Below are positions 24,757 through 38,634 of a DNA stretch of 64,000 nt, in pieces (the first letter of the stretch is position 1; every line of letters begins with the position of its first letter). Origin of the DNA: Scyliorhinus canicula. Taxonomy: Eukaryota. The notes beneath the pieces are model-generated. The model saw only the letters and a list, made by a program, of their open reading frames with translations, did not search any database and was not told where the DNA came from. The DNA lies in assembly GCF_902713615.1 (NCBI RefSeq), contig NC_052146.1, positions 161,434,853 through 161,498,852 on the forward strand. Direction: 5' to 3'. The translations under genes were made by a program, and so were the position numbers.

Positions 24757-24789
24757 TCGTTCTCTATTTTCCACCAAGAGTGAACATTC

Positions 24790-25000
24790 ACCATGCCAAT
24801 ACCCCTCAGGATCTTAAAGTTGCCTCTTAGTCTTCTAAACTCTAGCGGATACAAACCTAACCTCTCCAACCTTTGCTCATTGGACAACCCTCCTATTCCT
24901 AGTATTGATCTGGTAAACCTTCTCTAAACTGTTTCTAATGCGTTTACATCTTTCCTCAACTGAGGAGGCTAATACTGTACACAATACTCCAGATTTAGTC
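24790..25000 (-). mobile_element. CR1 ORF2 fragment adjoining the Gmr1-like LTR
   Basis: Minus strand LEYCVQ...RFTRSILGI motifs. Confidence 0.65.
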
Positions 25001-25469
25001 TGTTACAAAACCCTGCGCAAGTGCGCGACAGTTGCAGTCCCACTCGTCTGGAGTCACAAATTAAGTGAATTAACCAATAATTCTTATAAAAATACCTAAG
25101 ACCTTGGCCCTTGGCTGTCCAATAATTACAGTCACCAGGTTGATAAGTTTAAACAGAATTGCAGTAAACACAACTGGATAACAACAAGCAAATACCTACT
25201 ACCCCTTTAACTGTCCCACCCTCGACCCACAAATACAAGATAGACAAACACAGAAGATGAGGAATCCAAAATAATAAGGATGAAAGTCAAGAAATAAGAG
25301 CTTTTGCTTTCGATGGTGGTTCTTTAGCACACTTTCTCCACAACAAGTTTACAGACTAGATGCTCTGGATAACAGCCAGCAACAGTCTTCTTTGTAGAGT
25401 CATTCATTCATTCGGGGTCATTTCAAAATGCAGTACTAACAGGCAGCAGGCTTTCTGGAGAAACACCTT

Positions 25470-26081
25470 GGGCTGGATTCTCTGATTCTGGGGCTATGCC
25501 CCCATGCCGGCGTGGGAACGGTGGCATTTTACACCAGAAAAAATGGCATAAAACGACCACCAATTCCCCGTTTTGCTGGGGGCTAGCATGCTGGCAGCGT
25601 AGAGCACCCAGCTCTCACTGCCGATACAGCCCGGAGAATGCCAGGTGTGCGCATGGCGGCGGCCTGCAGAGGCTGCGCCATGCTACATGGCGGAGGCCGC
25701 TCACGGACCTGGCCCGTGAAATAGTGCCCCCCCCCTTTGGTCTGCTCGTTCGCCCCAGGCCAACCTCCCACCGTGCCTCAGCCCCCAATAAAATCCCCTC
25801 CTGCCCGCGGATCGACCCTCCCCGGACTGTGGCAACGCTGGACTGAGTCCGCAGCTGCCACACCGAGTTCCCGACGGGTGAGACCACTCGCGACCAATGC
25901 TGTCGGGAACTCGGCTGGTCGGGTACGGAACATTGGGGATGGGTCTCAGGTAATGTCCTGAGGCCGTCGATATGGCGCGCGGCGTATTTGGCTTTGATAG
26001 GGCAGAGCATTGCGAAAATGGCACCGCCCTGATTTGGTCGGGAGCTTTGATTTCGGCGTCGGCGGTTGGAGAATCCAACCC
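25470..26081. mobile_element. Harbinger-type MITE in LTR
   Basis: TIR GGGCTGGATTCTC / GAGAATCCAACCC, TSD CTT; same family as 45839-46441 in reverse. Confidence 0.88.
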
Positions 26082-26133
26082 CTTATTTCTCATCAAACTG
26101 GCCTTCAGCTCGAGGTTTTGCTTTCAAGCCTCT

Positions 26134-26728
26134 GGGCGCGATTCTCCGCTACCACGCCGGGTGGGAGAATCGCGGGAGGGCCGCTCTGGCACCCCCCGCG
26201 ATTCTCCCACCCCCCCCCCCCCACCCCCAAAATGGCGTGTCGCGTTTTGAGACACGACGCTCGGAGAATCACGGCGGCCCGCGATTCTCCGACCCGGATA
26301 GGCCAAGCAGCCTGCCGTTCCCGACCGGTTCACACCGGCGGCAACCACACCTGGTCGCTGCCGGCGTGAACATGGCGCCAATACCTGGTTTGTGGCTTGT
26401 GGGGGGGCGGAGAGGGGAATGAGTACCACGACCGTTCTCGGGAGGGGATCGTCGGGCCGGCGTCTCAAAGAGACGCACTCTTTCCCCTCCGCCGCCCTGC
26501 AAGATCAAGCCGCCACATCTTGCGGGGCAGCGGAGGGGAAGACGGCAACCGCGCATGCGCGGGTTTGAGCCGTCATCCGTCGTGCCGTCAGCCGCAGATT
26601 CACGGCACGGCCCTCCTAGCCCCCCCGGGGGGGAGGGGGGGGAATAGGGGGCAAGGCGAGGCCTCCGACGCCGTCGTGAACCTCTCCGGGTTTCACGACG
26701 GCGTCGGGCCTTGCGGAGAATTCCGCCC
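26134..26728. mobile_element. Harbinger-type MITE in LTR
   Basis: TIR GGGCGCGATTCTCCGC / GCGGAGAATTCCGCCC, TSD TCT. Confidence 0.88.
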
Positions 26729-29700
26729 TCTATCTTTCCATCGAAAGAGTTGGTCAGTTCTTCGTTATCCTTTCAGGAGAGTGGGTTGGTCGGTTCTGGA
26801 TTCTGCCTGTATATAGATTCATCCAGACTTCCTGCGGGTTCAGAAACACAGAGAGGATAACAGGTCCTTTCCTGTGGAAGCCACGACCAAAACTAAAACC
26901 AAACTCACCCCTTGGAACGCTGAAAAATATTCCAGTGGGAACAGATCCAATCATCACCTACTACTGGGCAGTAAATAGCCTTTTAGGCTAATTCATTGGC
27001 CCCCAGCAAAATCAATCAAACCAAGTCCCAGCCAACCTCTGGCATTGGTACCGGTCAGTCTCCAACTCCAGTATGAACCAGCACAGACTAGCACAGTGAT
27101 CTCTCCTGCAGTTGAAATCTTCTGCTTGAATTAAAGGCAGAGACCACTTGCCTCAAAGACACATGTCCATTAATCATTCACAAATCAAAAATGTAACGGC
27201 AAAAGTAAAAGGGGAAATGGCAAAAGTAAAAGGGGAATAAACAGGAAGGACCCTTAAAAGAGTGAAACTTTGGGGCCGGACGTTTAACTGTAAGGTATGC
27301 AAGACACAAATCACAAACACATAACCTTCCCCAGTGTGCAGGTTTTCTTCCCCGTCTCTACATTGGTGACTAGTCAGACCTTAAAAGCGTGACAAAACAT
27401 CCACAATCATATTATCCTTTCTAGGAATATGTATAATTTTAACATTGAACTGTTGTAATAATAAAACATCCAACAGAATAAACTTCCATTCCGGGGTTTA
27501 AACTTCATTATAAACACAAGCGGATTGTGGTCTGTGTAACTCAAGCTTTGTTTATTGTCATAATGGACATATACTTCAACGTGCTGCAGGGCTAGTAGCA
27601 AGGTTATAACTTCCTTTTCAATGGTGTAATACTTTCTTTGGCAGGTGTTTAGATTTTTCCTGGAAAATACTCCTCTGGCCTTTCTATTCCTGCATAGTCT
27701 TTCTGTAATCACTGCCACTACCCCAAGGTCACTGGCACCTGTTGCCATTTTAAATGGTCTGGAAAAGTCCAGGCAGCCAGAACCGGTTTGTCCACTAACA
27801 TGGCTGTCAATCCCCGAAACTCCACTTGGCATTCTGGGGACCATAGTACTTTCACTTGTTTCTGCAACATGTCCAACATGCATTGTATTTCAGTCTCTAC
27901 CTGAGCCCATCTCCTTGGTTTTAGTTGAGACGGATGTGGCTTTATTGGTTCGGAGTTTATTATGTCCACACCATGAGTAGCTCATAGAGTGCTGCCTGAT
28001 GTTTCCCTGCAACTCTGACTATATTCTTTCTATCTCTCGTGTAAAGCAATTACTTTTCCTGATTGTCAAATTAATATTTAACTGAATTTCAAGGATATCC
28101 TGCAGATAGTATTGTCAATGCTCAGAGAAATATTGGGTTCATTTTTAACCAGTAGACACTCTTCAATCCCTCCATCTTTACATTCTCTCTTTGCGTGCAC
28201 ATGGCTACCTTCAGCAACAAGTTCAGCTGAGGGTTCAATCCCTTCAGACTTTATGTGTGCCATTCTTTGTTTTACAGTTCTTAACTTCATATCAATGTTT
28301 TCATAATCACAATCCTTATCCCCATTTGGCAATACGGACTGAAACAATTTGTGCTTTCCAGATTTCAATTGTTCTTTACTTTCAGAATCAGAGGATGGCA
28401 TGTTATCGGCGCCATAAACTTGCTGGTTGTTTTGACAGATAAGGTGGCAGAACCACCACATGGTGCTTCATCCACCTTCCTCTTAATTTTAAAAAGGGAT
28501 TGTTTACTGATTAGTTCATCTCCTTTGCTGTTTGCTTCCTTGACCTCGAGCCACTATGGACCTTTAAAACGATTTGGGTTAACCAGCTATTCGCTTGGTA
28601 TCACTTCACAGTCCTTACTGCCCTTATCCTGACCAACTGATAGCATGCTATCAGGCATACATTCCTTCAAAGCAGGCATGGGAAATATTTGCATGCAAAG
28701 TGGTTGGCAATGGGTTTACTGCAAGAGGCTTTAACAAATTACTTTTAGTAAAATCCAAGTCACTTTCTTCTTCCAGTATGTTGTCTTTATTCCTAGCTTT
28801 GGAAGAATTACTTGCCATTTGATCAAGATAAGTTAGTGATGGGCTATTTCGTAACAGCAGTTTATCATTATTTCATAATCAGAACCAAAATCAGATTCCA
28901 AATTCTCGTCTAACTCTTCAACGCTGTCATTAATATTAGATTCGGATTCCTCTTTCTTATGGTTACCTTTGGTCTTAAGAGTTCTCAGAATCTGGTTCTC
29001 TACTAGATTTTGTCTTTTATAAATCTCTGTGAGGAATCATTTCCGTAGAGATAAATTCATTAGCATCAGCCAAATCATATTCACTACCATTGTCATTTGA
29101 TATGTGACTAATGTCTGTCAACATTACTTTCGTTGAGTCATTTAATGCCCAGTGAGTTTTCCTAACTCCCACATGCCCTACCGTTAGCATCTCATGTGCT
29201 GTCTGCAGGACTTCCGTTTGACTCTCTATTATCATGGGGAAAGCTACAACTTTCACTCTTGCCTAATTATTCCCCAAAAGTAAGTCTCCCCCTCCGACTG
29301 GGAATTCTTTAAACACTCTGACAACTACTGGACCTGACACTAAATCACACTCCAATTGTATTTTATCAATGGAATTGGGGTGTAATCTCCACCATTCTCC
29401 TTCACAAATATCTCAGCTTTTATTTAGCTTTCTGGAGGGAAAACCAAATCCTTCTCCAGTAAGAAAGTTTGAGTAGCCCCTGTATCCTTAAAAGAGTTAT
29501 GGGTTTGGCTACATCAGTTGAGGGAAAGGGGGCGACCTTCCTCTTAGAAACAAACCTGGCATATCTCTCATCTACCTCATTCCTCACACCTGTTCCAACA
29601 GTAGTGTTTACCTCAGGTCTCCTAAATCCAGTTAAAGTTACAGTCTGCCCTTGTAGTACTCCACTTTTGTTCCCTTTTAAGAATCCTCGCTAAGAACTCC

Positions 29701-30149
29701 CACAAGTCCCACAGGATTTCCATGTAACTTCTGACATGCTGAACGAATGTATCCCACATTGCATGGTAACATCTAGGCGTCCAAATCTCACCTTCACGCT
29801 CAGTACCTTCCTTCCTGATCTGAGGAGAAGATCTCAGAGCATTCCCATCTATCCATTCTTTACCTTGGCTACCTGTCTTTCTTTAACTCCCTCATTTCCT
29901 ATCCTTTTCAAAATTATGAGGGTGATGGAAGGTTTAAATTTATGGATTAGCTCAATCCTCAGCCATAATTGCTGGCTGCCTGGCAGTCTTCACCCTCTGG
30001 TCTTCAACATGGGTTCTTACTGCAGGAGGTAGAGAATTCTTAAATTCCTCTCAGAGTGACCTCTCTTTTCGCCTCAGAGGCAGTTTCAACTTCCAATGCT
30101 CATACCCATCTCTCAAAATTGTTCTGCTTAACCATTTAAATTTTAAAAA

Positions 30150-31362
30150 AATATTTATTTTTTTGAGTTGTAGGCCAGCATTTGTTGCCCATCTTTAATT
30201 GCCCTTGAGAAGTTGGTGGTGAGCTGCCTTCTTGAACCGTTGCAGTCCATGTGGTGTACATCCAATGTGCTATGACCCAGTGAAGGAATAGCGATATATT
30301 TCCAAGTCAGTGATGGTGAGTGACTTGGAGGGGAACCTGCAAGTGGTGGTGTTCCCATGTATCTGCTGCCCATGTCCTTCTAGACAGTACTGGTCTTTGG
30401 TTTGGAAGCTGCTGCCTAAGGAGACTTGGTGAGTCCCTGCAGTGCATCTTGTAGATGATACACATGGCTGCTGCGGTGCGCGGTGATAGAGGGAGTGAAT
30501 GTTTGTGTAAGGGGCAACAATTAAGTGGACTACTTTGTCCTGGATGGTGTTAAGCTTCTTTAGTGTGGTTAGAGCTGAACTCATCCAGGCAACTGGAGAG
30601 TATTCCATCACACTCCTGACTTGTGTCTTGTAGATGGACAGACCTTGGGGAGTCAGGAGGTAAGTTACTCACTGCAGATTCCTAGCCTATTTATATGGCT
30701 ACTCCAGTCCAGTTTCTTGTCAATGATATTGGGATATTGACAGTTATGGCAATACCATTGAATGCTAAGGGGTGATGGTTTGATTCTATACTATTGGGGA
30801 TGGTCATTGCCTGGCACTTGTGTGGTGCAAATAGTACTTGTCACTTGTCAGCCAAAGCCTGGATATTGTCCCGGTCTTGCACGCTGACTGCTTCAGTGTC
30901 TGAGGAGTCACGAATGTGTAATTAGCAGCGAACATCCCCACATTTGAAGTTATGTTGTAAGGAAGGTCATTGATGAAGCAGCTGAAGATGGTTCGCCTAG
31001 GACACTACCCAGAGGAACTCCTGCAGCGATATCCCGGGACTAAAATTACTGACCTCCAAAAACCATGACCATCTTCCTTTGTGCTAGGTATGAGTGGAGA
31101 GTTCCCCCCGATTTCCATTGACTCCAGTTTTGCTAGGGCTCCTTGATGCCATACTTGATCAAATGCTGCCTTGATGTCAAGAGCAGTCACTCTCACCTCA
31201 CCGTTGGATTTCAGCTTTTTTGTCCATATTTAAACCAAGAAGCTGAGTGACCTTGGCGGAACCCAAACTAAGCGGCTGTGAGCAGGTTATTGCTAAGTAA
31301 GTGCCGCTTGATAGCACTGTTGATGACTTCTTCCATCATTTTACAGATGATTGAGAGTAGAT
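30150..31362 (-). mobile_element. LINE family B, 3' part, inserted in gag
   Basis: RT motif VTALDIKAAFDQVWHQG, MEYSPVAWMSSA; tail AAGGGCAATTAAAGATGGGCAACAAATGCTGGCC. Confidence 0.88.
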
Positions 31363-32185
31363 TCTGCATATGTCTGTCCCAGCTGCCTCCTTAAATTCCA
31401 AAACTTTTGCCTCCATGCTTCGGGAAGCAATTCATATGCATCCAGAATAACCTTTTTTACCACGTTATAATTTTTATACTCCTGCTCTTACAGAGAAGCT
31501 CAAACATCCTGTGCCCGCCCCGTCAGTTTATCCTGCATGGGTAATGTCTACTTTGCACTTGGCCACTCCATTTGTGTTGCTATTTTCTCAAAAGCCCTTA
31601 AAAAAAATTCTACCTCCTTATCAAATTTTGGGAGGGCCTGGATAAATATAAACATATCGTCACCGGGTTCCTTCTAGGAGTAAGCACACCTCTACTGTCT
31701 GGCAGCTCCACTCATTTCTAGTGCCTTAAGCTGGAAGCCCCTCTATTTTTCTTTCTCCCCTCTCGTTTTCTTTTTCCAATCTCTAAATCTAACCTCCTCA
31801 TTTCCAACTCCATTTATTTTACAGTCTTTTTGCATCAGCTCCCTTTTACTTTTGCAGCATTTCCATGATAGAGATAAGTCTTCCACCGCAAGAAAGCTTT
31901 GAACACCTTTCAGAACCATGCTGTTATATTACAAGAACCTCATGTCTCTTTTAATTTACACTACAACCCAATCCGCTCTCTGCTTTCTAAAGATCACAGA
32001 GAAGCCTCCAAAGTATGTCACAATATCCTGGGCAAGCGTGTGGTCAGTTCCAGCCCCAGTCACCCGGGAGTCACAACACCAAGTGAATCAACCAATAATT
32101 CTTGTAAAAATACCCAAGTATTTGGCCCTTGACTGCCTTATAATTACAGTCACCAGGATTTTAAGTTTAAACAAATTTAGTTTAA

Positions 32186-33484
32186 TAAGAAACATAAGAA
32201 CTAGGAGCAGGAGTAGGCCATGTGGCCCCTCGAGGCTGCTCAGTCATTCAATAAGATCATGGCTGATCTTTTGTGGACTCAGCTCCACTTTCCGGCCCGA
32301 ACACCATAACCCTTAATCCCTTTATTCTTCAAAAAACTATCTATCTTTATCTTAAAAACATTTAATGAAGGAGCCTCAACTGCTTCACTGGGCAAGGAAT
32401 TTCATAGATTCACAACCCTTTGGGTGAAGAAGTTCCTCCTAAACTCAGTCCTAAATCTACTTCCACTTATTTTGAGGCTATGCCCCCTAGTTCTGCTTTC
32501 ACCCGCCAGTGGAAACAACCTGCCCGCATCTATCCTATCTATTCCCTTCATAATTGTATATGTTTCTATAAGATCCCCCCTCATCCTTCTAAATTCCAAC
32601 GAGTACAGTCCCAGTCTACTCAACCTCACTTCGTAATCTAACCCCTTCAGCTCTGGGATTAACCAAGTGAATCTCCTCTGCACACCCTCCAGCGCCAGTA
32701 CGTCCTTTCTCAGGTAAGGAGACCAAAACTGAACACAATACTCCAGGTGTGGCCTCACTAACGCCTTATACAATTGCAGCATAACCTCCCTCATCTTAAA
32801 CTCCATCCCTCTAGCAATGAAGGACAAAATTCCATTTGCCTTCTTAAACAGCTGTTGTACCTGTAAACCAACTTTTTGCGACCCATGCACTAGCACACCC
32901 AGGTCTCTCTGCACAGCAGCATGTTTTTATACTTTATCATTTAAATAATAATCCCTTTTGCTGTTATTCCTACCAAAATGGATAACCTCACATTTGTCAA
33001 CATTGTATTCCATCTGCCAGACCCTAGCCCATTCACTTAACTTATCCAAATCCCTCTGCAGACTTCCAGTATCCTCTGTACTTTTTGCTTTACCACTCAT
33101 CTTAGTGTCATCTGCAAACTTGGACACATTGCACTTGGTCCCAACTCCAAACCATCTATATAAATTGTGAACAATTGTGGGCCCAACACTGATCCCTGAG
33201 GGACGCCACTAGCTACTGATTGCCAACCAGAGAAACACCAATTAATCCCCACTCTTTGCTTTCCATTAATTAACCAATCCTCTATCCATGCTACTACTTT
33301 ACCCTTAATGCCATGCATCTTTATGTTATGCAGCAACCTTTTGTGTGGCACCTTGTCAAAGGCTTTCTGGAAATCCAGATATACCACATCCATTGGCTCC
33401 CCGTTATCTACTGCACTGGTAATGTCCTCAAAAGATTCCACTAAATGAGTTAGGCACGACCTGCCCTTTATGAACCCATGCTGC
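32186..33484 (-). mobile_element. CR1 LINE (family A), 5'-truncated, inserted in the 5' LTR
   Basis: [44 protein letters not shown]; CR1 tail. Confidence 0.93.
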
Positions 33485-33644
33485 TAATTTATTTATAATG
33501 CAATATGCAGTAAATTCAACCGGATAACAATAAGTTTATACCTACTCCCCCCTTTAACTGTCCCACCCTGTATCCACACACACAAGTCAGACAAACACAG
33601 AGGGGGGAAAGGATGTAAAATAATAAGAATGAAAGTCAAAAGAT

Positions 33645-35470
33645 GCCAAAACCAACAGATTTGATTTAAGCTCTGCAGTCCTGCCAGATCCAGTTGTGAA
33701 CGGTGGTGGACAATTAAGCAACTAACTGGAAGAAAAGACTTCACAAATATTCCCATCCTCAATGATAGCGTGTCCAGAAGATCAGTGGAAAAGACAAGAG
33801 TGAAACATTTGCCGTCATCGTCAGCGAAAAGCACCGAGTGGATAATCCACCTCAGCTTCCTCTTGAAGTCCTGAACATCACAGATGCCAGTTTTCAGCAA
33901 ATTCAATTCGCTCCATGTGATATTGAGAAACGGCTGAAGACACTGGATACGGCAAAGACCATCGGCCTTGATGATATTTCTACATTTGTACTGAAGACTT
34001 CTTGTCCAGAACCAGCCGCACTCCAAGTCAAGCTGTTTCGATACAGCTAAAGCACTGGAATCTATTGAGCAATGAGGAAAATTTCCCAAACATATCCTGG
34101 TCCTCAAAGAACACGACAAATCCAACCCTGCCAATTATCGGCCCATCAGTCTCCACTCAATCACCAGCAAACTGATGAAAAATACCATTAACAGTGCTAT
34201 CAAATGTCACTTACTCAACGGGGAGTCAATTAGCTCAGTTAGCTGGATGTGTGGTTTGTGATGCGGAGCGATGCCAACAATGCAAGTTCAGTTTCTGTAG
34301 TGGCTGGGGTTATTCATGATGCCCTGCCTTCTCAACCTTGCCCCTCACCTTAGGTGTGGTGACCTTCAGGTTAAATCACCACCAGTCAGCTCTCAAAGGG
34401 GAGAGGGGACTATGGTCACATTTATTTTACTCAACCATGACATACTCATTGATGCTCAGTTTAGGTTGCAACAGTGCCATTTTAGCTCATGACTTCATTA
34501 CAGCCTTGGCTCAAACATGGACAAAAGAGCTGAGCTCAAGAGGTGAGATGAGCTTAACTTCCCTTGATACCAAGACAGCATTTAATCAAGGAAGGCATAA
34601 AGGAACCCTGACTAGGGAATCGGGGAGAACACCCCATCGGTTAGAACAAAGTAGTTAGAACAAGCCTAGTACAAAGGAAGATGATAGTAGTGGTTGGAGT
34701 TTAATCAATTCGTTCCTGGGATATCTCTGCAGGACTTCCTCAGGATAGTGTCCGAGGCACAACCACGTTGATCTTTTCATTAATGACTTTCCACCACCTA
34801 ACGGTCAGAAATTGGGATGTTCGTAGATAATGTACAATGTTCAGCACCATTCTCAACTCCTCAGATAATGAAGCAGTCGATGCCTGCTAGACCTGGGCAA
34901 TATAAAGACTTGGGCTGCTAAGTGACAGGCAGTAATCATCAACAACGAACCTAATCATCATCCCTTGATAGTCAACGGGATATCAACATCCCGAGGCTTA
35001 CCATTAACCAGAAACTGAAATAGACCAGCCATGTACTGTGGCTGGTCTCAAGAAGTGCAGCTCCAACTACACTCAAGAAGCTCAACACCATCCGGGACAA
35101 AGCTTCATTGGCATCTCATCCATCACCTTAACGTTTCACTCCCTCCACCACTGATAGATAGTGGCAGCAGTATGTACCATCTATAAGAGGCATTGGAGCA
35201 ATTCATCAAGACGCCTTCAATAGCATCTTCCAAATTGGTAACCACTACCACCTAGAAGGATAAGGGCAGCGTGCATGTGAATATCACTACCTGCGTGTTT
35301 TCCTCCAAGCCACTCACCATCCTACACTGTCGCTGCGTAAAAATCCTGGAACTCACTTCCAAACAAGCACTGTGTGTATTTCTACACCACAGGGTCTGCA
35401 GTGGTTAAAGAAGGCAGTTCATCACCACCTTTTCAAATTAGGGATGGGCAATAAATGTTGGCATAGCCAG
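33645..35470 (+). mobile_element. LINE family B, decayed ORF2 to 3' end
   Basis: KSNPANYRPISL, LDTKTAF; tail TTAGGGATGGGCAATAAATGTTGGC. Confidence 0.85.
34219..34425 (+). mobile_element. tRNA-derived SINE, third family (3' fragment also at 24278-24380, minus)
   Basis: TAGCTCAGTTAG A box, AGTTCAGTTTC B-box-like; 3' part GTGGTGACCTTCAGGTTAAATCACCACCAGTCAG matches 24340-24380 in reverse. Confidence 0.7.
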
Positions 35471-36115
35471 AAACATCACTCAAGTTTTAAGCCTCTGGCC
35501 ACAGGCTAGCAAACGGTTCCAGGAAAAATCTCACCATGGGAACAGTTAAAAGTCTGCTTTGTGCACCACGAGGTGTGGGAAGAGAATCAACAAACAGCCT
35601 CTCATCTCCTGTTCCCTCTGTTATTTGTTCTCACATGGATGACCACTATTGCATTTTGTCAACTAGGAGAATTGATCCTCAGTCCTTGTACTCTGAAATC
35701 TGAAACCATCTATCTGAAACCCCTAATATCACAACATTTCTGCTATTCTTTCTCTTTACCCCCCAGTACAGGACTCATCCTTGCCAGCCGAAACCTACTA
35801 AAGTACAAATATTATCTTTTTCTCTCGAGGAGAGCAATAAGGGAACACCAAGTCTGACCACACCCGCCTCACTTGCTCACTATAACTTCTGTTTGATATC
35901 CATCCTTCTCCTCCAGATCTGATTTCCGACTCCATCCTAAAATATGATCTTCTCCAATACCTCATCTATAAAAAAGCTTCCCCCTTCCTGATATTTTATT
36001 TATTTTATTTCTGAGTAGCCAGTTGCTCACTTCTGCCTTGAGTGTATCAATCATCTTGCAGTTGCTACAGTTGAAACCAGAATCTGGCCCTGCAAGGCAA
36101 GCATCTCACTACGTC

Positions 36116-37790
36116 TATTTTTTTAGAAAATATTTTATTGAAGCATTTGTAATTTTCACAATTTAATATATTGACATTTCTAAAACAACCGCGCGGGCCG
36201 ACGGACAAAAACAAACCCTAGAAGAACAACAAACAGTAAACCACGTACCCCTCTTCTCCAACCCTGTCCCCAATTACCTGTATACTAAGTTCCCTGTCCT
36301 TATCTAACATCGCCATGTCTCCTGTTTTGCTTCCCCCCACCCCCATTTTCCCTTTCCCCCCTTACTGCTGACGTTCAATTTTTCTTGGAGAAATCGATGA
36401 ACGGCTGCCAACTCCGGGCGAATCCCTGTATTGATCCTCTCAGAGCGAACTTGGTTTTCTCCAGACTGAGGAACCCTACCATATCGCTGACCCACACTCC
36501 TGACTTTGGGGGCTCCAAGTCCCTCCATCTCACCAATATCTGTCTTCAGGCCACCAGGGAGGAGAAGGCCAGGATATCAGCCTCCCTCCCCCCTTTGCCC
36601 CCGGATCCTCAGACACCAATTGCCAATCCTGGACTCGGAGTTACCCTACCTTCCAGGACTTCTGACATAACATCCGCAAATCCCTGCCAGAATTCCCTCA
36701 GTTTCGGACATGCCCAAAACATATGAACATGGTGGGCCGGGCTACCCCCACACCGCCCACATCTGTCCTCCGCCTCCTCGAAGAACTTACTCATCCGGGC
36801 TATCATTATGTGGGCCCTGAGGACTACCTTGAACTGAATCAAGCTGAGTCTAGCACAGGACGAGGATGCATTTACCCTTTTCAAGGCTTTTCCCCAAAGA
36901 TCAGTTTCCAGCTCCCCTCCTAGCTCCTCTTCCCACTTCCTCTTCACCTCTCTGATAGGGGCCCCTTCCCACTCTAACAATTCCCTGTATATGTCCGAAA
37001 CCTTCCCACCTCCAACCCCTGTTTGTGACAGCACTTCCTGTAGTCCCCTCAGGAGGAGGCGAGGAATGCTTGGAACCTGCCTCCGTACAAAGTCCCGCAC
37101 TTGAAGGTACCGAAAACCGTTCCCACCCGGCAAATCAAACTCCTCCTCTAATGTCTCCAAGATCGAAAAGCCCTCCTGGATGAATAGATCCCCAAACCTC
37201 ACAATCTCTGCCCGCTGCCATATCTAAAGTCCCCATTCATTGTCACAGATCGGTGACCACATTGACCAGTCTCATATGCTGCCTCCATTGCCCCCACATC
37301 GGGTTGCCACCACCACAGGGCTTGTAGAGTACCGAACCGGCGAAAATGGCAGGGGCGCCATCAGTAAAGCCTCCAAACTCGTACCTTTGCAGGATGCTGC
37401 CTCAATTCACTCCCAAACCGACCCCCCACTGTCCACTTCCTGACCATCGATTTGTTGGCAGCCCAGTAATAGTTAATAAAGCTCGGGAGGGCCTTGCCCC
37501 TCCTCTCCGCGATCCATTCCAGGAGTGCTCTCTTTACTCTCGGGGTTTTACCCGCCCATATAAACCTCAATATCGCCACATTCATGCTTCTGAAAAAAGC
37601 CTGTGGGACAAAAGTCGTGAGACATTGAAGAAAGAAAGCAGTCTCGGAAGGACCGTCTGAACCCTCCCCGCCAGCGACAGTGGGAGCATGTCCCATCTGC
37701 GGAAATCCCTTTTCATTTGATCCACTGTTTTGCCCAAATTTCTCACTACGTCTATAATGCACAAGCATTTCATCCTCAACAACTTTCAAA
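36116..37790 (-). mobile_element. L1-clade LINE, 5'-truncated ORF2
   Basis: PLSLAGRV, FIWAGKTPRV, FRYLQVRDF, CGRCGGSPAHHVHMFWACPKL (CCHC), LEKIK; poly(A) end. Confidence 0.9.
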
Positions 37791-38634
37791 TTTAGTGATG
37801 ATCGAGTTAAAATAAATTATAACATTTAAGTCCTCATTTTGTTCTCAGTTCACTCTGCTCTAAGCTCACTCTGTTCCAAACTCTGCTGTGCTCGAGCTCT
37901 GGGAAACTTTAATGGCTATAAGCGGTGAAAAAGAAAAACTATAGCCAGCAGTTTTGGAAACCACATCTAGAAATCATAATGTAACACATGGAATATTATT
38001 AATAGCTGTATGCAAGTAAAACTTTCAAAGGTTATACTGAGCAAGCCCTCTGAGGATTCGGTAGCTATAAATATCTTCAGATGCTGTATTCTTAATTTTT
38101 AGTCAGTCAGTGTATACCTCACATTGAACCAGTGATATTATCTGCAAAGGTCTCCGAATTATTCACTTCAGAGCTATTTTTGGACCTAATTTTCTTGCTG
38201 GTGTGATGTTACTACCAGCAAATTTGACGTTGGCGAGGAACGGTACAATTTTGAATCTGACGAGACCCTTTTTGGTCCGGGATATCGTGGCATTTTACAT
38301 ACTGACTGACCAGCACAACAATTTCTTTTCACCGAACAAATTAATGATGATTAGACAAATGTGTCCTCATTGATCCACCCATTCTAAATGTCAGATCATC
38401 CTCATCCTGCACAAGTATAATGCATGTCTGAAGATCAGTAATATTCTGTCTTTTCAAGAAGCTATTCTGAACTGCTCAAAGTGCGCTGAACAAATTCTGA
38501 AAATGGGCAAAGCTTTGACTAACTCTGAATTTATTGGAGGAAACCCATGAAAGGAAGGAGACCAGCAGAGTGCTCTTGCATCTGTTATCAGCTTTCAAGC
38601 CACATTTATGAGTAGAAACACAGGTTGAGGAGTA

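Larger units (their letters stand above)
25001..33643 (-). mobile_element. Gmr1-like Ty3/Gypsy provirus, degenerate; 3' LTR about 25001-27257, 5' LTR 32015-33643 (interrupted, truncated)
   Basis: Homologous LTR ends TGTTACAA (25001) and TGTCACAA (32015); PBS-like TGGAGGCT next to the 5' LTR. Minus-strand order: gag (LPKFD; EEFKNSLP; decayed CCHC), protease DTGATQT (29480), integrase AHEMLTVGHVGVRKT (29190) and RFKGP (28565), RT N-terminus PIKPHP..VETEIQCML (27930), RNase H TIEKE..YTDHNPL (27530-27630). Confidence 0.85.
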
